This document shows, in pieces, positions 20,314 to 32,847 of a stretch of DNA of 64,000 nucleotides. The translations under genes were made by a program, and so were the position numbers. Each line of letters starts with the position of its first letter. The stretch's first letter is position 1. This DNA is from Williopsis jadinii (lineage: Eukaryota): contig AP024666.1 in assembly GCA_024346625.1 (NCBI GenBank), positions 1,364,001 to 1,428,000 on the forward strand, given 5' to 3'. The notes under the pieces were generated by a model, which was not told the DNA's origin, did no database searches, and saw only the letters and a list, made by a program, of their open reading frames with translations.

Positions 20314-21147
20314 TCAAGCAAAACTAAGGCTAGTTCTGTGTATTGATCCGTAGTCATGTCTTCGACAAGAGGTAAGGTCACTGCTGTCTTGAAATGCAGA
20401 AATTGCATCAAATCTTTGGAGGGAATCATCCGGGATTTTCTCAAAGCCATCATCTTCAGACATCCCGACCCATAGTGAATGGCTCACTTCTAGAATGCTG
20501 GATGAATGCGACATCGTGCTTTCAAACGTTGCCAAACTTGGCGTGGAAGAGTGTGTGGATAAAGTCTGGTTTTCTGTATCGTCAAGACTTTTCGGCAGCA
20601 TTGATGAACGCTTTGATTCTTGAGCGCGCTGCTGTTTGGTGAAGAGTCTATAATCTTCCAGCGCAAGAGAGAGGTTGTCCTTCACCTCTGGTTCTTTCTT
20701 TATCGGCTCTTCAAGAACAGGTGCTTCTTGTAAATCGACAAAGTTGAAGTCCCCATCATCATGGTCCTCCTCGTCAGCGTTGAATAGCTTTTCGTAAAAG
20801 GCCAGCTCTTTAGGGTCAGCTTTATCATGCTGTGACTTGAGTTGTTTGAAGTCATACTGCGACAAGAACTTGCGTTGGTGTGACATTCTCTTTGTTGGTT
20901 CTCTGAGAGGGAAAGTCGTTGTAGACTGACGATTCTGAACACGGTTGTGCGTACTGCTCGTACTGTTATCACGAACGTGACCACGATGTTGGGCGGAACT
21001 CAAGCCAGCTGGTGATCCCTTTAGAAGCTTCTGATGGGATATCTCTGATATACAGCCTGCATGGTTAATAACAGGCTTTACAGCTTCTGCCTTGGAAAAT
21101 ATGTTCCAGTGTTTGCTCTTTCCCTGTGATCCTTTGCTTTTGAACAT
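20314..21147 (-). CDS. Hypothetical 277-aa Ser-rich, largely disordered protein
   Basis: ATG-initiated 834-bp ORF with protein-like composition; no family recognised. Confidence 0.7.
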   Translation of the reverse strand: MFKSKGSQGKSKHWNIFSKAEAVKPVINHAGCISEISHQKLLKGSPAGLSSAQHRGHVRDNSTSSTHNRVQNRQSTTTFPLREPTKRMSHQRKFLSQYDFKQLKSQHDKADPKELAFYEKLFNADEEDHDDGDFNFVDLQEAPVLEEPIKKEPEVKDNLSLALEDYRLFTKQQRAQESKRSSMLPKSLDDTENQTLSTHSSTPSLATFESTMSHSSSILEVSHSLWVGMSEDDGFEKIPDDSLQRFDAISAFQDSSDLTSCRRHDYGSIHRTSLSFA

Positions 21148-22222
21148 TTGGGTGAACTATGACGGCCCGTGCAGCAGTAATGTTGGGGATTAATCCGATT
21201 CGAACAGTGTTATATGTTGATGGAAAATAGAGGTTCCAAGATGGATGTTGCTTTCTATCAAACACAGCACGAAGTGTATATGGGAGCTATATCAACAACG
21301 AATGCTTTTCCCTTGCTTTTTGGGGAAAGGTTGGTTTATTTTATATATTCACGGGAAAGAAGTTGAAATCAGCTTATAACCTTAATCGTTACATGCACGA
21401 GAATCCACACGCGTCTTGAAGCCATTTTCTTAAAAAAAACTCCTTTTAAACCTTTGACCGCAATCGCGTACGATGCGCGTCTGAAATTACCAAAATGTAT
21501 GCCCTTTTAGGAATCTGGAGATGCAAACCATCTACAGACGCTCAAAGGTGCGACTTGGCTTATGCATCGTGAGCTGGGGATGTGTGTACTTTGTATGATT
21601 TAGGTATATATACGAGTGACATTTGCAAGAGTCTGAAGCAATCATTTGACGTTTCACTTATTGCGAGAGGAATAGAGTATGGAATCGAAAACAGAGCCAG
21701 CTGGTACTGAACTCGGCACCAGCTCACCATACATGGGATCCTGATATATTATAGTGCATCAATACGTACACAGCTTAGTGGAATCTCAAGCAGTGGTCGT
21801 AGATCGAGTACCAGTTGGTCACTTTGAACCGCATTTCTCAATTCTTTGGACACAGGGCCAGCAAGTAGAAATGTAACCTAGTCTGTCTGCTTAAAGTCAC
21901 TGCTTGATCAAAGGCTTATCATTGTAATTATGGGCCAAATGGCATTGTCTGGAAATGGACATGTTTTGTTGGAAGCAGGGAGATCAGACCAAACAAATTA
22001 CAGTGCTGTTATAACATTAGGATAGCTTAAGGGTGCAGCAGTCATGGCCATTATGTAACTCGCATTCAAATGAACATTCAAGAAGAAGGAAATACAATCA
22101 TCTACATGAAACTTGATAAGACTGATGAATACTTGACCAAAGTTGAGATACAGTTCATAAATTAGCATATTAAAAGGATCGAAGCCTGTACGATCTTACT
22201 AGCAATAATCAATAGGCCCACC

Positions 22223-24034
22223 TCATCTCCAGACAACTCCTGGAGGGTAATATCCCATAGGTACCGGCGGCCTAACAGGAGGACCGACAGTTTGCTTAAT
22301 ATGTGAAGGACCAGGTAGATGGGAGCCCAAGACTCTTGGTGGTTGGGCAAACTGTTGAGCTTGCATTGGTGATAATTGGCCCATTTGGTGCTGTGCTTGT
22401 GGTTGTGACTGTGGAGGAAGAGGTGGTGGTGGTTCTGTTGCCTGTACGGGCGACAAGCGATGTTGACTAAACCGTCTCTGCATTGGAACTGCTGGTGTTA
22501 ACTGGGCAGAAGGTATTTGAGAAGAGCCTTGCTTTGGCCATTTAGTAACTTCCTTTTCTGTTGGCGTTCTCGTAGGCGTGCTTCCAGCCAAGCTACCACG
22601 AGGCAACGGTAGATGATGGAACTTCTTGGAGTTTTCGTTAGACATCTCGTCTTCGGTATCGAATGAATCTTGGATAGCATTGATAACAATATCACGCAAC
22701 AATGTCATAGGAGTTTCTGGAATTGGTCTTAGTGACGGGACAGGTGCTTCGCCCCTGGCTGCAGCTTGAAGAGAATGTGCTCTTTGTTCAGCTTGCGATG
22801 CCGCTCTCATTTCATTAGCAGCACGATAGCATGCCGCTGCTCTGGCGTAAGCATCGGCAGCATCGATGGCTTGGTCATCGCATCGCTCATAAACACACGC
22901 TAGACCATCCCATGCAGAGGCAGATGCCATGGCGCTGACAAGAGAGCCATCATCAACCAAGAGTCTTGCAGCTTGTGAGTAGGCAGCAAGTGCATCTGGT
23001 AATTGTCCCATTTTAAGATACAGGCTTCCCACTGCTAGCCAAGGTAGAGATGAGTCTCTGCCCTTTCTCAAAGAGAATTGGAAGGCATCATATGCTTGAC
23101 GTGGATTGTCGGCGAGTGAGTACGCCTTACCCAAAAGATACCATGTTAAACAGTCCATTTCATCGTCGTAATTGGTGGCAGTTAAAGGAGTTAAAAGATT
23201 GATAGCATTATTTGGATCCTCTTGATGTTGATTGAAAGAAACAAGAGACAAGTATCCAAACATAAGACTAACCCTTCTGGTAAGTCCAGAGACTTGAATT
23301 GCATCACGACACACGGCAAGTGCTCCTTCAATGTCACCGTTTCTTTCACGAACATTGGCAAGGAGGCACCATAGAAGTTCTGCATCGACGTTAGCTTGAA
23401 GAGCAAAAGAAACAGCTGCTTGGAACTCTGAAACGGCAGCCTTCCAGTTTTGATCGGTCATTGCCATCAGTCCAAGCTTGTAATGACAGTGACGAGCAAT
23501 ATCGCATTCTTCTGGTGTGGTCCGTCTTTGAGTAACCATAGATAGAATTGTATGGTACAAGTGGTGTGAATGCGAAGGATTGAGATGGCTCATTGCATCA
23601 GCGGATATTAATAGGATTTTTGGGTCATTTGGCACAAGCCCTAGTGCCCTGTTTGCAGCCTGGTATGCTTGATCGTATTGTTTCAATGAAAAGTGAAGAC
23701 CGGCAATCTCTCTCCATATTGCAGGATCGTTATTCAAACGAGGATGTTGTTGAAGCGCAGCCAACAGCAAATCAAGAGCCCTTTGTGGCTCCTTCTGGGT
23801 ACACAGCGTTGTAGCTAAGCCTAAAAGAGATTCAGGGAGATCAGGAACAAAACGCAGAGATGATTCAAATGCTTTGAGAGCAACTGGAATAAGTTCAAGG
23901 GTGAGTGCACATTTCCCTAGAACATACCAGGTCCGTGAGGCCTCCGTTGCAAAATCTCTCTCCTGTTGTTCATCTTGAGCAGAATGAACTCTTTTATTTG
24001 GTTGTTGAGCAGGTGACAAGGAACGTTTCACCAT
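22223..24034 (-). CDS. TPR-repeat protein related to Cyc8/Ssn6 (possibly Tcc1-like co-repressor subunit)
   Basis: Multiple TPRs, including Cyc8-like TWYLLGKAY...AYDAFQ and W.AVGSLY..MGQLPDALAAYSQA; P/Q-rich tail. Confidence 0.8.
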   Translation of the reverse strand: MVKRSLSPAQQPNKRVHSAQDEQQERDFATEASRTWYVLGKCALTLELIPVALKAFESSLRFVPDLPESLLGLATTLCTQKEPQRALDLLLAALQQHPRLNNDPAIWREIAGLHFSLKQYDQAYQAANRALGLVPNDPKILLISADAMSHLNPSHSHHLYHTILSMVTQRRTTPEECDIARHCHYKLGLMAMTDQNWKAAVSEFQAAVSFALQANVDAELLWCLLANVRERNGDIEGALAVCRDAIQVSGLTRRVSLMFGYLSLVSFNQHQEDPNNAINLLTPLTATNYDDEMDCLTWYLLGKAYSLADNPRQAYDAFQFSLRKGRDSSLPWLAVGSLYLKMGQLPDALAAYSQAARLLVDDGSLVSAMASASAWDGLACVYERCDDQAIDAADAYARAAACYRAANEMRAASQAEQRAHSLQAAARGEAPVPSLRPIPETPMTLLRDIVINAIQDSFDTEDEMSNENSKKFHHLPLPRGSLAGSTPTRTPTEKEVTKWPKQGSSQIPSAQLTPAVPMQRRFSQHRLSPVQATEPPPPLPPQSQPQAQHQMGQLSPMQAQQFAQPPRVLGSHLPGPSHIKQTVGPPVRPPVPMGYYPPGVVWR

Positions 24035-27000
24035 TATAGCTGAGAAATGTTGTTTCAGTTCTTGTAGTTGGTAGAAAGCAAGAGGGAGAGACTGAATTTG
24101 TCAAATTCCAAATCATTTTTAAAAAATGGAACCGCCCCTTCAAAATTCACATTGCCGAGTTGACTTTAGTTTTCAACCTGGAAGATTGATATATACATAG
24201 GCGTACATATGTACATATGTGGGAATGGATGCAGATTTTACCTTTTGCAGAGATCATATGCAATAATATACATATATACTAGACCTTGCGTATGCAATAT
24301 GCACCAACATGGTAATTTTCTAACATAAGATGTACCTATATGTAACTGATACACAGTGTCGGCCCTTACACCATGCAGCATGCTACATATACGCATAAGA
24401 AATGCAGACCTTTTTGCTGTAGACAGCACCAGGGCATTTGTTATGCAAATATTTGTGCATACATGGGTACCAACTTCCAAGCAATGGCGTTTCCACTACC
24501 TGAAATGTTTGTGTTTATATATAACATATGCATTGCATGCATACATCTATACATATATGTATGTACGTACGTACGTCCTCACCCAGTTAAACGTAGTTGC
24601 TGGTGAGGGCATTTATAATACACACTACATATGCAGTGCTAATTTTTGCTTGTTTGGAGCATGGTTAATGATCTAGCTCATACGCTGTATAGTCATGAGT
24701 TAGCCAAATCAAGGGTTTGCGAAATGGGGGGATAGGTGTAGGTTCAAGCTGTCTTTCATAATGAAATTTGGTAGTAAGCGGCATATTGGTTCGAAGCTAT
24801 TCGGAAGCCTTTATGAATGACCCACCATGCATGAGGATGCAGACTTCAGTTTCACATTGACCTGTACGTTGTGTTGTAGCGTATTATCTGCAACTGGAAG
24901 TCAAATTTCATTTCCATACTCTGGCCCGCTGATTACCATGGAGTGATTGTTGACTAACTGGCATTCCTTGGGCGTATAATGTGCATTGTACAGCGCATAT
25001 AACCAGTGGAAACTCTTCAATTGCCCAACCTCCACGTCTCAGGTATTTGAATTTAGGACCGGAAGTCAAATTATATAATTAACAAGAGCCCCAAGAATCT
25101 ATACCCCCTTGTTCCAGTAGTCTTATGAATTCTAACGGTCGCCAAATAGTTTTCCCATATGGTGTTTTGCAACACTTAGGAGCCAAGCTTTCCATTTATG
25201 ACACCATCTATTTTGTTTGGGGGACTAAATTGGTCACAAAGTTGATCACCGGCTTTGAAAACCCTCTTTGCTAGCAGCGCGCCTTAGATCATATAACTTA
25301 ATATACGTCACTTCGGATACATTGAAAGCTCTCTACTTTTTTGTTGCGTACAGAAAATCATGATGTGTTCAAAATTGGCATTACAACATCCAAAGGTTTA
25401 TATCACTCTATTGAATGGTCTTTACAATTCAGTGACGTTTGAAATTTAGCACTTACGTGGTCAAAAAAATTCACTGTCAGAATAATCTTGTTGTGCGGCT
25501 GTTCGACATCTTAAATCTAGTGCTCATAAGCCCACATAGAGGAATGGAATTGTTTCAAGTTTGCAGTTGGCAACCTCCTCAGTACAGCTGATTACTTTAT
25601 GCGGTGAACGGAGGTTGATACGAGACGACGTAAACCATTATCTAAGACCGTACATCAGAAGTGTATAGCTATGTGATCATCAAGGTTTGCTAAATTTTGT
25701 TCTTGATAGTAATGTTACAAATTGTTAAAGAAATCCTGTAGAAATTAATAAGTAGAGTGTGATTTCAGAAAGCAAAGGCATTGTTTTCCAGACAGAATGA
25801 AAAGCTCAGAAGCCGCAGAACTCAACAAGTAAAACATCTCCTGTGCGATTATAATTTGAGTACCTCTCTATACTGTGCTGTGTATCTGAATCAGAAAATA
25901 GTCGACAAAACTTTTGATTTAAAAGATACTGCTATTGTGCTTATGCTCATGAGATGGATAGTTTCGCTAAAAGTGATGGATGATATAACAATCTAATACC
26001 AACAGCTGTAACTGGAATTATTAGAACGTGGACCTTGTCCATCTTTCTGTAAGTAAGCATACCAACAGAGATTATTCCGTGTACTTTGCTACTAACGAAT
26101 CACTAAGGAATATATTCGAAAACGTTGAGAGTATCATATTTAAGCTTTGATTAGCTGGTGATTTATATTCCATTATGGGGAGTTCCCAATAAGTGGCAGA
26201 TTATGTGCTGGGGATCAATGCGAAAAGTTATGATATTTTGATATACCGAACTGGAGCCGGCGCCTTAGCTATTGGTTGTATCTTGTTGGCTTATGCTCTT
26301 CCCAGCAAAAACACTCTTGGTATACAATACTTTTTTCCAAGTCCAGCACCACAATCTATTGAGCAATGATCATTCCACGGAGATGTTGGGATATTTCCTC
26401 GTATTTATGACACAGTAGTCCACTGTTAATTCGATGTTGTAGCGACAAATTGTGATTGTTCTGCTTTACGGCGATTCCTGATTGCGCCTAACCATCCGGA
26501 TCGTGAAGTTGTCGTGCAAAGCAACCTACTTTCTGACGCTTGTTGACCTAGCGAGGCAGCACCACTCTCACATTATTATGCATACACTCACATGCATATC
26601 GTATGCGGGTGTACATCATTAAGTCTTTATGCATATCTAACTTCCATCAATTATTAGCGCCATAGATGTGAGTTGAAAATTGCGCTTGTTAAAGTACATT
26701 TGTACATTCATATTGGACTTTACCTTGAATTCCCACTGACTACCCTAGTACAAAATGGTACAAATATTACAACCAGATCGGGTTCCAATAAAAGAACTTT
26801 ATTATAAATAAAGGCATTTGGAAACACTTTGTGTGTATCATTGCTCCACAGACGTATACAGCAATGGTATGTATTAGATATGAACAGCCCTTCATTTGTA
26901 ATTATGTTATAACATCTGAGACCTCAGTTGAAAGCTTTTAGTACGGTGATAAAACAAGGATATTATGAGATTCACAGCCCACACAGCGCTGGTAAGACAC

Positions 27001-30000
27001 CTCATATCATAACATCTGGTTGCTGAATAACAAAAATACACTCATTGAATTGTTGGCTTTTAGCCTGGCGGTATGCTTCGGACAATTGGGTACATCGGCA
27101 ACCAAATTTAGTTTGGGTATCTATAAATTCAGCTGTACGAGGTGAATTCATGAATTGGGTAAAATTAAACATCTTGGTTTCACTTTTCGAATAATATATG
27201 CGTGATAATCCATACTGATTGACTCCTATCTTTGTTCACTGTTACTAATCTCTTGATTAATATTTCCCTATATATCTGTAAAATTAATAGGTCATATCTT
27301 CCTCAAATTGTTATGTTTGAGTTCGAACATTGTTAATGAACAGATGTTAAATAAATGAACATATTGTTGTTATACATGAGTGTCATAATCTTGGTTTCCA
27401 ATCAAGCCAGAAATTTCTGAATATAGAGGATATAGTCGTTCATTGTTGGTATAGGTCTCTTCGTCAAGTTAGTTTTAGCATCAGGAAGCAAGAAGGCAGA
27501 GGCATGCAGTTGATCATGTGGTTTCCAATACAATCAAAGGATAGCCACAATAAGAAACACAAGCACTATGAATTATTACAGGTACTATACATTTTCCGTC
27601 TGCCCCGCCCCAGCAACTAAGTGTTCTGTTCAGGGAGGTATTTTCATGCCTTATACTATGGTCTGTGGGTATTCTAAAATTTGTGTTAGACACAGATCAG
27701 GATGAAAAAACAAGCAATTTAAGTTTGGGGCTGAAAATGAGAAGAAAGTTGTTTTCCACACTGCCGTGAGGAAATAGATATCACCAAACATAATTGGGGT
27801 ATTGAAAGGATTGGGAAAAGGCATACTCGTAAGAAGTCTGAGCTCACGCCTTCCTGTTCAGCGGAGAATGACATTTGATGATCAACCTCTGATATGTGCA
27901 CTGATATTATGGTTAAATCTTGAGCTAATTATTATTAGTAGTGTCTACAAGGGCCTAGGCTCTCACCACCACTATTAATTTGTGGAATCGGGAACCTGTA
28001 CAATTGTCCAAAACTCCAATTGTTCGGATGCTTTTTCGTAAAATTCTTTTTATAGCCGAGAACTTGCATGGATTATTCAAGGTTTGTACGCAGTGTGCAC
28101 CTTATGCAAGTACAGACGTACAGTCAAGCAGGAACTTCGACGCTTTTATGGAAGCGCTAAGCTCCTTGTTCACCGGTAAAATCCGATACACAGGTTCCAA
28201 GTTCAGTGCACCGGTCTTTCGAGTTCAGAATAATTCTGGGATGGATCATCTGTAACCCCAAAGCCATAACATCAAGGAATATACCCCACCCCTTTTGTCT
28301 GATCAATTTGGTACCAAGACTCCTGAGAAAGTGACAATGCACAAGCTGTAAAGTTGGCATGCGATGTTGCAAGCCTGTGATTCCGTCCTGAGCTTTGGGT
28401 AGTCAAAGTGTGTAACATATATAATCCAATGATAATATTTATAGGACACATGTGATGTAAAATATTTCACATCAATGCAGTTGTAAGTTGCTCAAGGTTG
28501 TGGTCGACACCAAGCGCTAGGGCGAGGAATGTACTATTATGTTAGAGGTATATTGCTGTACAAATACGCTGTAAACATATGTGCGTTGTGGTGATTTGAG
28601 AACTTGCGTGTGAACTGTACAACTTTGTAAACTTGAATCTTGACTCGTAACGACAGAGAAGTAGTGAAGAAGGTGAAAATAAATAGTTAAGGTCGAATTT
28701 CTCGAACCAGTAAAGGTTCTTTTGTAATCTTTTAGGTCACCGATATAAACTCAAAAGTCGCACTTGACCATTATCCCGCAAAGTTCTTGTACAGGATTAA
28801 TCGTTGCTTGATTTGTGTGTGGTTGGGTGAGGAGGGGAAAACTGAGTTTATATGTACTCACACCAATCAGCCAGTTTAGCCAAACCATTGGTGCCCAAAG
28901 CAGACGTTGACCTTCCAGTGTTATCCTTATCTCAAACTCTGGGCCCAAGTTCCATATGACACCACGCCTGTCCAGAATAGACCTTACTGCTTGAGAATCT
29001 ATGGCTGTCCAATCCATATATCGTTTTAATTGGACTATCGAGGGGTGTAAAACATACGAAAACGGTTCTAGGTAAACTTTACGTTGGAACGATGGTGATG
29101 GTTAATTCTCCAAGAGTTGTATACTATGAAATGAACAAAGACAGTCATCATGGGTGTACCAAATTGGAAAACACGTGCTGTTGATGACCCCATTTAGCGA
29201 TCGAATTGTTAATTCTTGTGATAACTGTATATGTTGAAAACAGAAGAAACAGACGCTGTAAATCCAATACAGGTGAAATGGTCCTATAATGAATCTATTA
29301 CTGACATCATACCTGGTTTATTTGTTCAACCGTCGCACAGCTCTAATCAGGAAAGACTGGTGTGGAGAGTGAATCATAAGATGACTACAATGATGAATAA
29401 CCTTGAAGAATTCACACCCTCAACAACCTTAGATCACATGAGTAAAGGTTTAGCAATGCAATGAACGACCTCCTTAATGAAAGATGCGTTTAATTTAAAT
29501 ATTTAGTAATATTTTGTTAATTCCAACCTTGTCCACTGTAGATATCAGCAAGGTGTAACAGTTAATTCGCAAAAATGCCTTCCTGTTCTTGTTCCAAAAT
29601 TTACATATAGCAATACCTGGAGCAGCTGTTCCAAGTTAACTGGTTACCAATTTTGGCAGATCAAAGCGCTGAACGCTGTTAATTTTTCAGACAAGAAGTT
29701 AATATTGAAGCAGGTTTGAGAACTTCCCATTAGAGCCTTGAAACATGCGATTTCCAAATTGCAATTATAATAGCTTACCGCAGCTCAGGTGACACGCTGT
29801 ATCAAGAAAATCAAAACTTTGAAGCCTCTAACTTTAGGCATTAACATTACTCTTCATACTTGTATGCAAGCATGTGTTGTTTGCGTAGTTTAGCTGGAGG
29901 TGGTTCGGTTTTCGGACTTTAGGCACTAATTGCTCTCTTAAAAGTTGCAACTAATGTACTTTTAGGTATTCGTATGTCACAGATGACTCAACCAAAATTC

Positions 30001-32847
30001 TGGCCACATGTACTTACATATACATACACTTTCTATTTCGTGAAATCATAGACAGACGCTTGCATCTGCATTGGAAGATCTGCAACAGCTATCGCATAAC
30101 AATGCATGAGATATAGCCTTCAGAGTTCTTTGCCGCTTGAACTGTGATATGAACGTTTGACCTTTTTATCTTTCAAGTTTGGACCTTCTAGAGACTGCAT
30201 ATACAAACCACGGACCAGGCTGGTTAGGGTTACACAAGTTCTTCGTGACCATTGAATTTTAGAGGTTGCTCAAGCTCAGATTTATTTTGATGAATTAATG
30301 GTTGCGAATCGAAGCCAGATTATTTTTCTTTCTTTTTCTTTTTTTTTTGCGCTCTTCGCACGGATACTGATTCCATTACCCCTTATGTGTGCGGAATGTT
30401 GTGGAAGCCTATCTGAATAAACCTCCGCTCTTGTGATTCAGATGGTCTGTTGAAGTTTGGAAACCGCCCAATTCGTGTCCTGAGTACTCTTCACCTCTTG
30501 AGTTCGAGTTCATAATCAGTCCAAGAGAACTCTTCGTAGTGGCAAGTGAACTCGTTCACCCCAATTAGACAGGTTAATTAGAGCAGTGTCATGAAACAGC
30601 CTTCCGCAATAGACTCTACAGTTAGCGACCAGATGCCGAATGCGGCTAGAATAACTAATGAGCAATGACAATTTCGAATAAAAGGTGTAGACTTTTTCAA
30701 CTCTATGACCAGTGATTTTGATTTTGATTCTGTTTAGTTTGAAACGACCCGGACTCAAATCTGAGCTGCATATGGACTTCATAGTTGTTTATCCAGTTAC
30801 TACAGAATCCAGATATAAATTGTTATGAATTATCAATGAATCATTATATCGCAACTTTTCAGCATTCTCCACAAACTCCTAACCTCCTCTAACCATTCGA
30901 GTTCCAATATTTTCTCTCTGACGTACTATGTTGGTAGAAGCGACGTGCTGAAGAAATTCCAAGAAAGGATGGGTTAAGTTTTTAATGAATGATCATTGAT
31001 CACTATTCGGCAGTTGTTTTGTTCCAATGACTATCACGGGCATTGACAGTGTTATGCCTTGATTAGGATGAAAGGCCAAGGGTTTGCAAAATGGGTTTCT
31101 TTTCGACGTTAAGTGGAATAATTGCCCGATATAGCTGATCAATATTCACTTATAACATGTCGAGAATCAAGATGTTTCGCTTTGGAGATGGATTCAAAGG
31201 ACAACGAACAGTTTCTCTTCAGAAATAACGATGTCAAGAAACAGCCACAACAGATCACAAGAAAAATCTATCGTCGTGAGTTAGAGATTCAAATAGCTGG
31301 TTAAAAGAGAGCTGATACCTCAAAAGACATAGTCGAGTCGGTGAGGGCAACTATGGGAATCAACGAAATGAGTATCACAAATTTCTCCCTCTATCAAACA
31401 GCTATGTAAAGTTTCTCACAGACTATATAAGGAAGTTGCTTGCATAGTTTAAGAACTGGAGAGTTGATTCACCAAGAGAAAGTGGATATTGACACCCTCA
31501 TAGAGAACTAAATTACAGTCATGTCAAGCTCATGAGTGAAAACAAAACCAGATACATCTGCTGAATTTCATATTTCGTTGTTTCTGCTCTGTCTCAATGG
31601 AACTTTACTCTCTTCTTAGGTCGAATGGTGCACATTATGCCTTTACAGTCGAAACTCATTGTTCGTATATAGCATCAACCAATGTATATGTAAAGTCAAC
31701 CAAGGTTAAGCAAAACTTAACAGACAGAAACGTGGTAAAAGTAAGCGCAGAGTGTAAATCAATGATTAATGCAGTTATAACTCATTCTTCGTCATCCTAC
31801 ATTGATGATCAACACGATGTTGCTTTTTTACTCAATTCTCACTTGTTAGAACTCTTGGAGGGGCATTCTGGTTTAGTGTCAAAAGTGTCAATCCAGATTC
31901 AGCTTTTAGATGACTATAATTATGAAGCCAACGGATATTCAAGGTAAAACAATTTGGAGTTGAAACATTGTTCTCAGAGCAATTATTCATGTGTGTGTGT
32001 TTCTCAAGAGTTACACTATTGTTGAGACGCATGGTATTAATCTTGCAGTTTTAATATACCCTCTTGTCGTTATTCTAATGACAGTTCATTTCTTCAAACT
32101 CACCTTTATTTTGAAGTACCTGAAAAAAGCTGCCAAATATTATACCCCTACCACTTCTCCCTTACAGCACAATTAGTGGATCTCCATAGTTATAGCCAGT
32201 GGAGGCAAATGTCTAGACAATTCAAATGTTCTTTCTTGGTTAAGAACCATGCAAGGAGAGATCAACGTGGCGGATTCACGCTTGTATTTGTACGATCTAA
32301 GAAGCCTGTGATGCCACCAAGAGCGTCATGAGGATGCCATTAGCATATCTAACGGTTCATTTGTGGAGCTTCTGTCTAGATGGCGTACGCTGAAGCCCGA
32401 CTTCGGCGACTTTGATGCCATTAGTCAATTCTTGTTTCACTTGCTGATATCCTTTCTTGATGTCTAAAGTTGTTCAATGAGGAATGTGAGACGTCATTAG
32501 ACGAAGATTGCACAATAAGCAGGCACATTACCAATCACCAATTCCACCAGGTTTTCTACATATCATTGGCTGTCGCTGATTGTATCACATTGACTTTACA
32601 GTATAAGTTCATCGTGCATATGACTTGCCCAAGATAATCCAACTAAACCCCCATGCTTCATAGCCTTTATTACATAGCTGCTGTAGTTGATGGAGAAGAA
32701 GTAGATGTAATCCGGTACACGACACACATGTGGTGTCTGGATGTATCCTCATCGCCCAGCTGGTGTGATTGTCACCACGGTGCTTGTCTACTTCTCCGTA
32801 CTGTTTGGTATGGTTATTGGAAAAGCGGGAGAACATTGACGTGGAAA

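Noticed and set aside
30222..30370. TTAGGG, poly-T and TGATGA/CTGA as a possible C/D snoRNA
   Set aside because: Imperfect C box, no terminal stem and no recognisable rRNA guide
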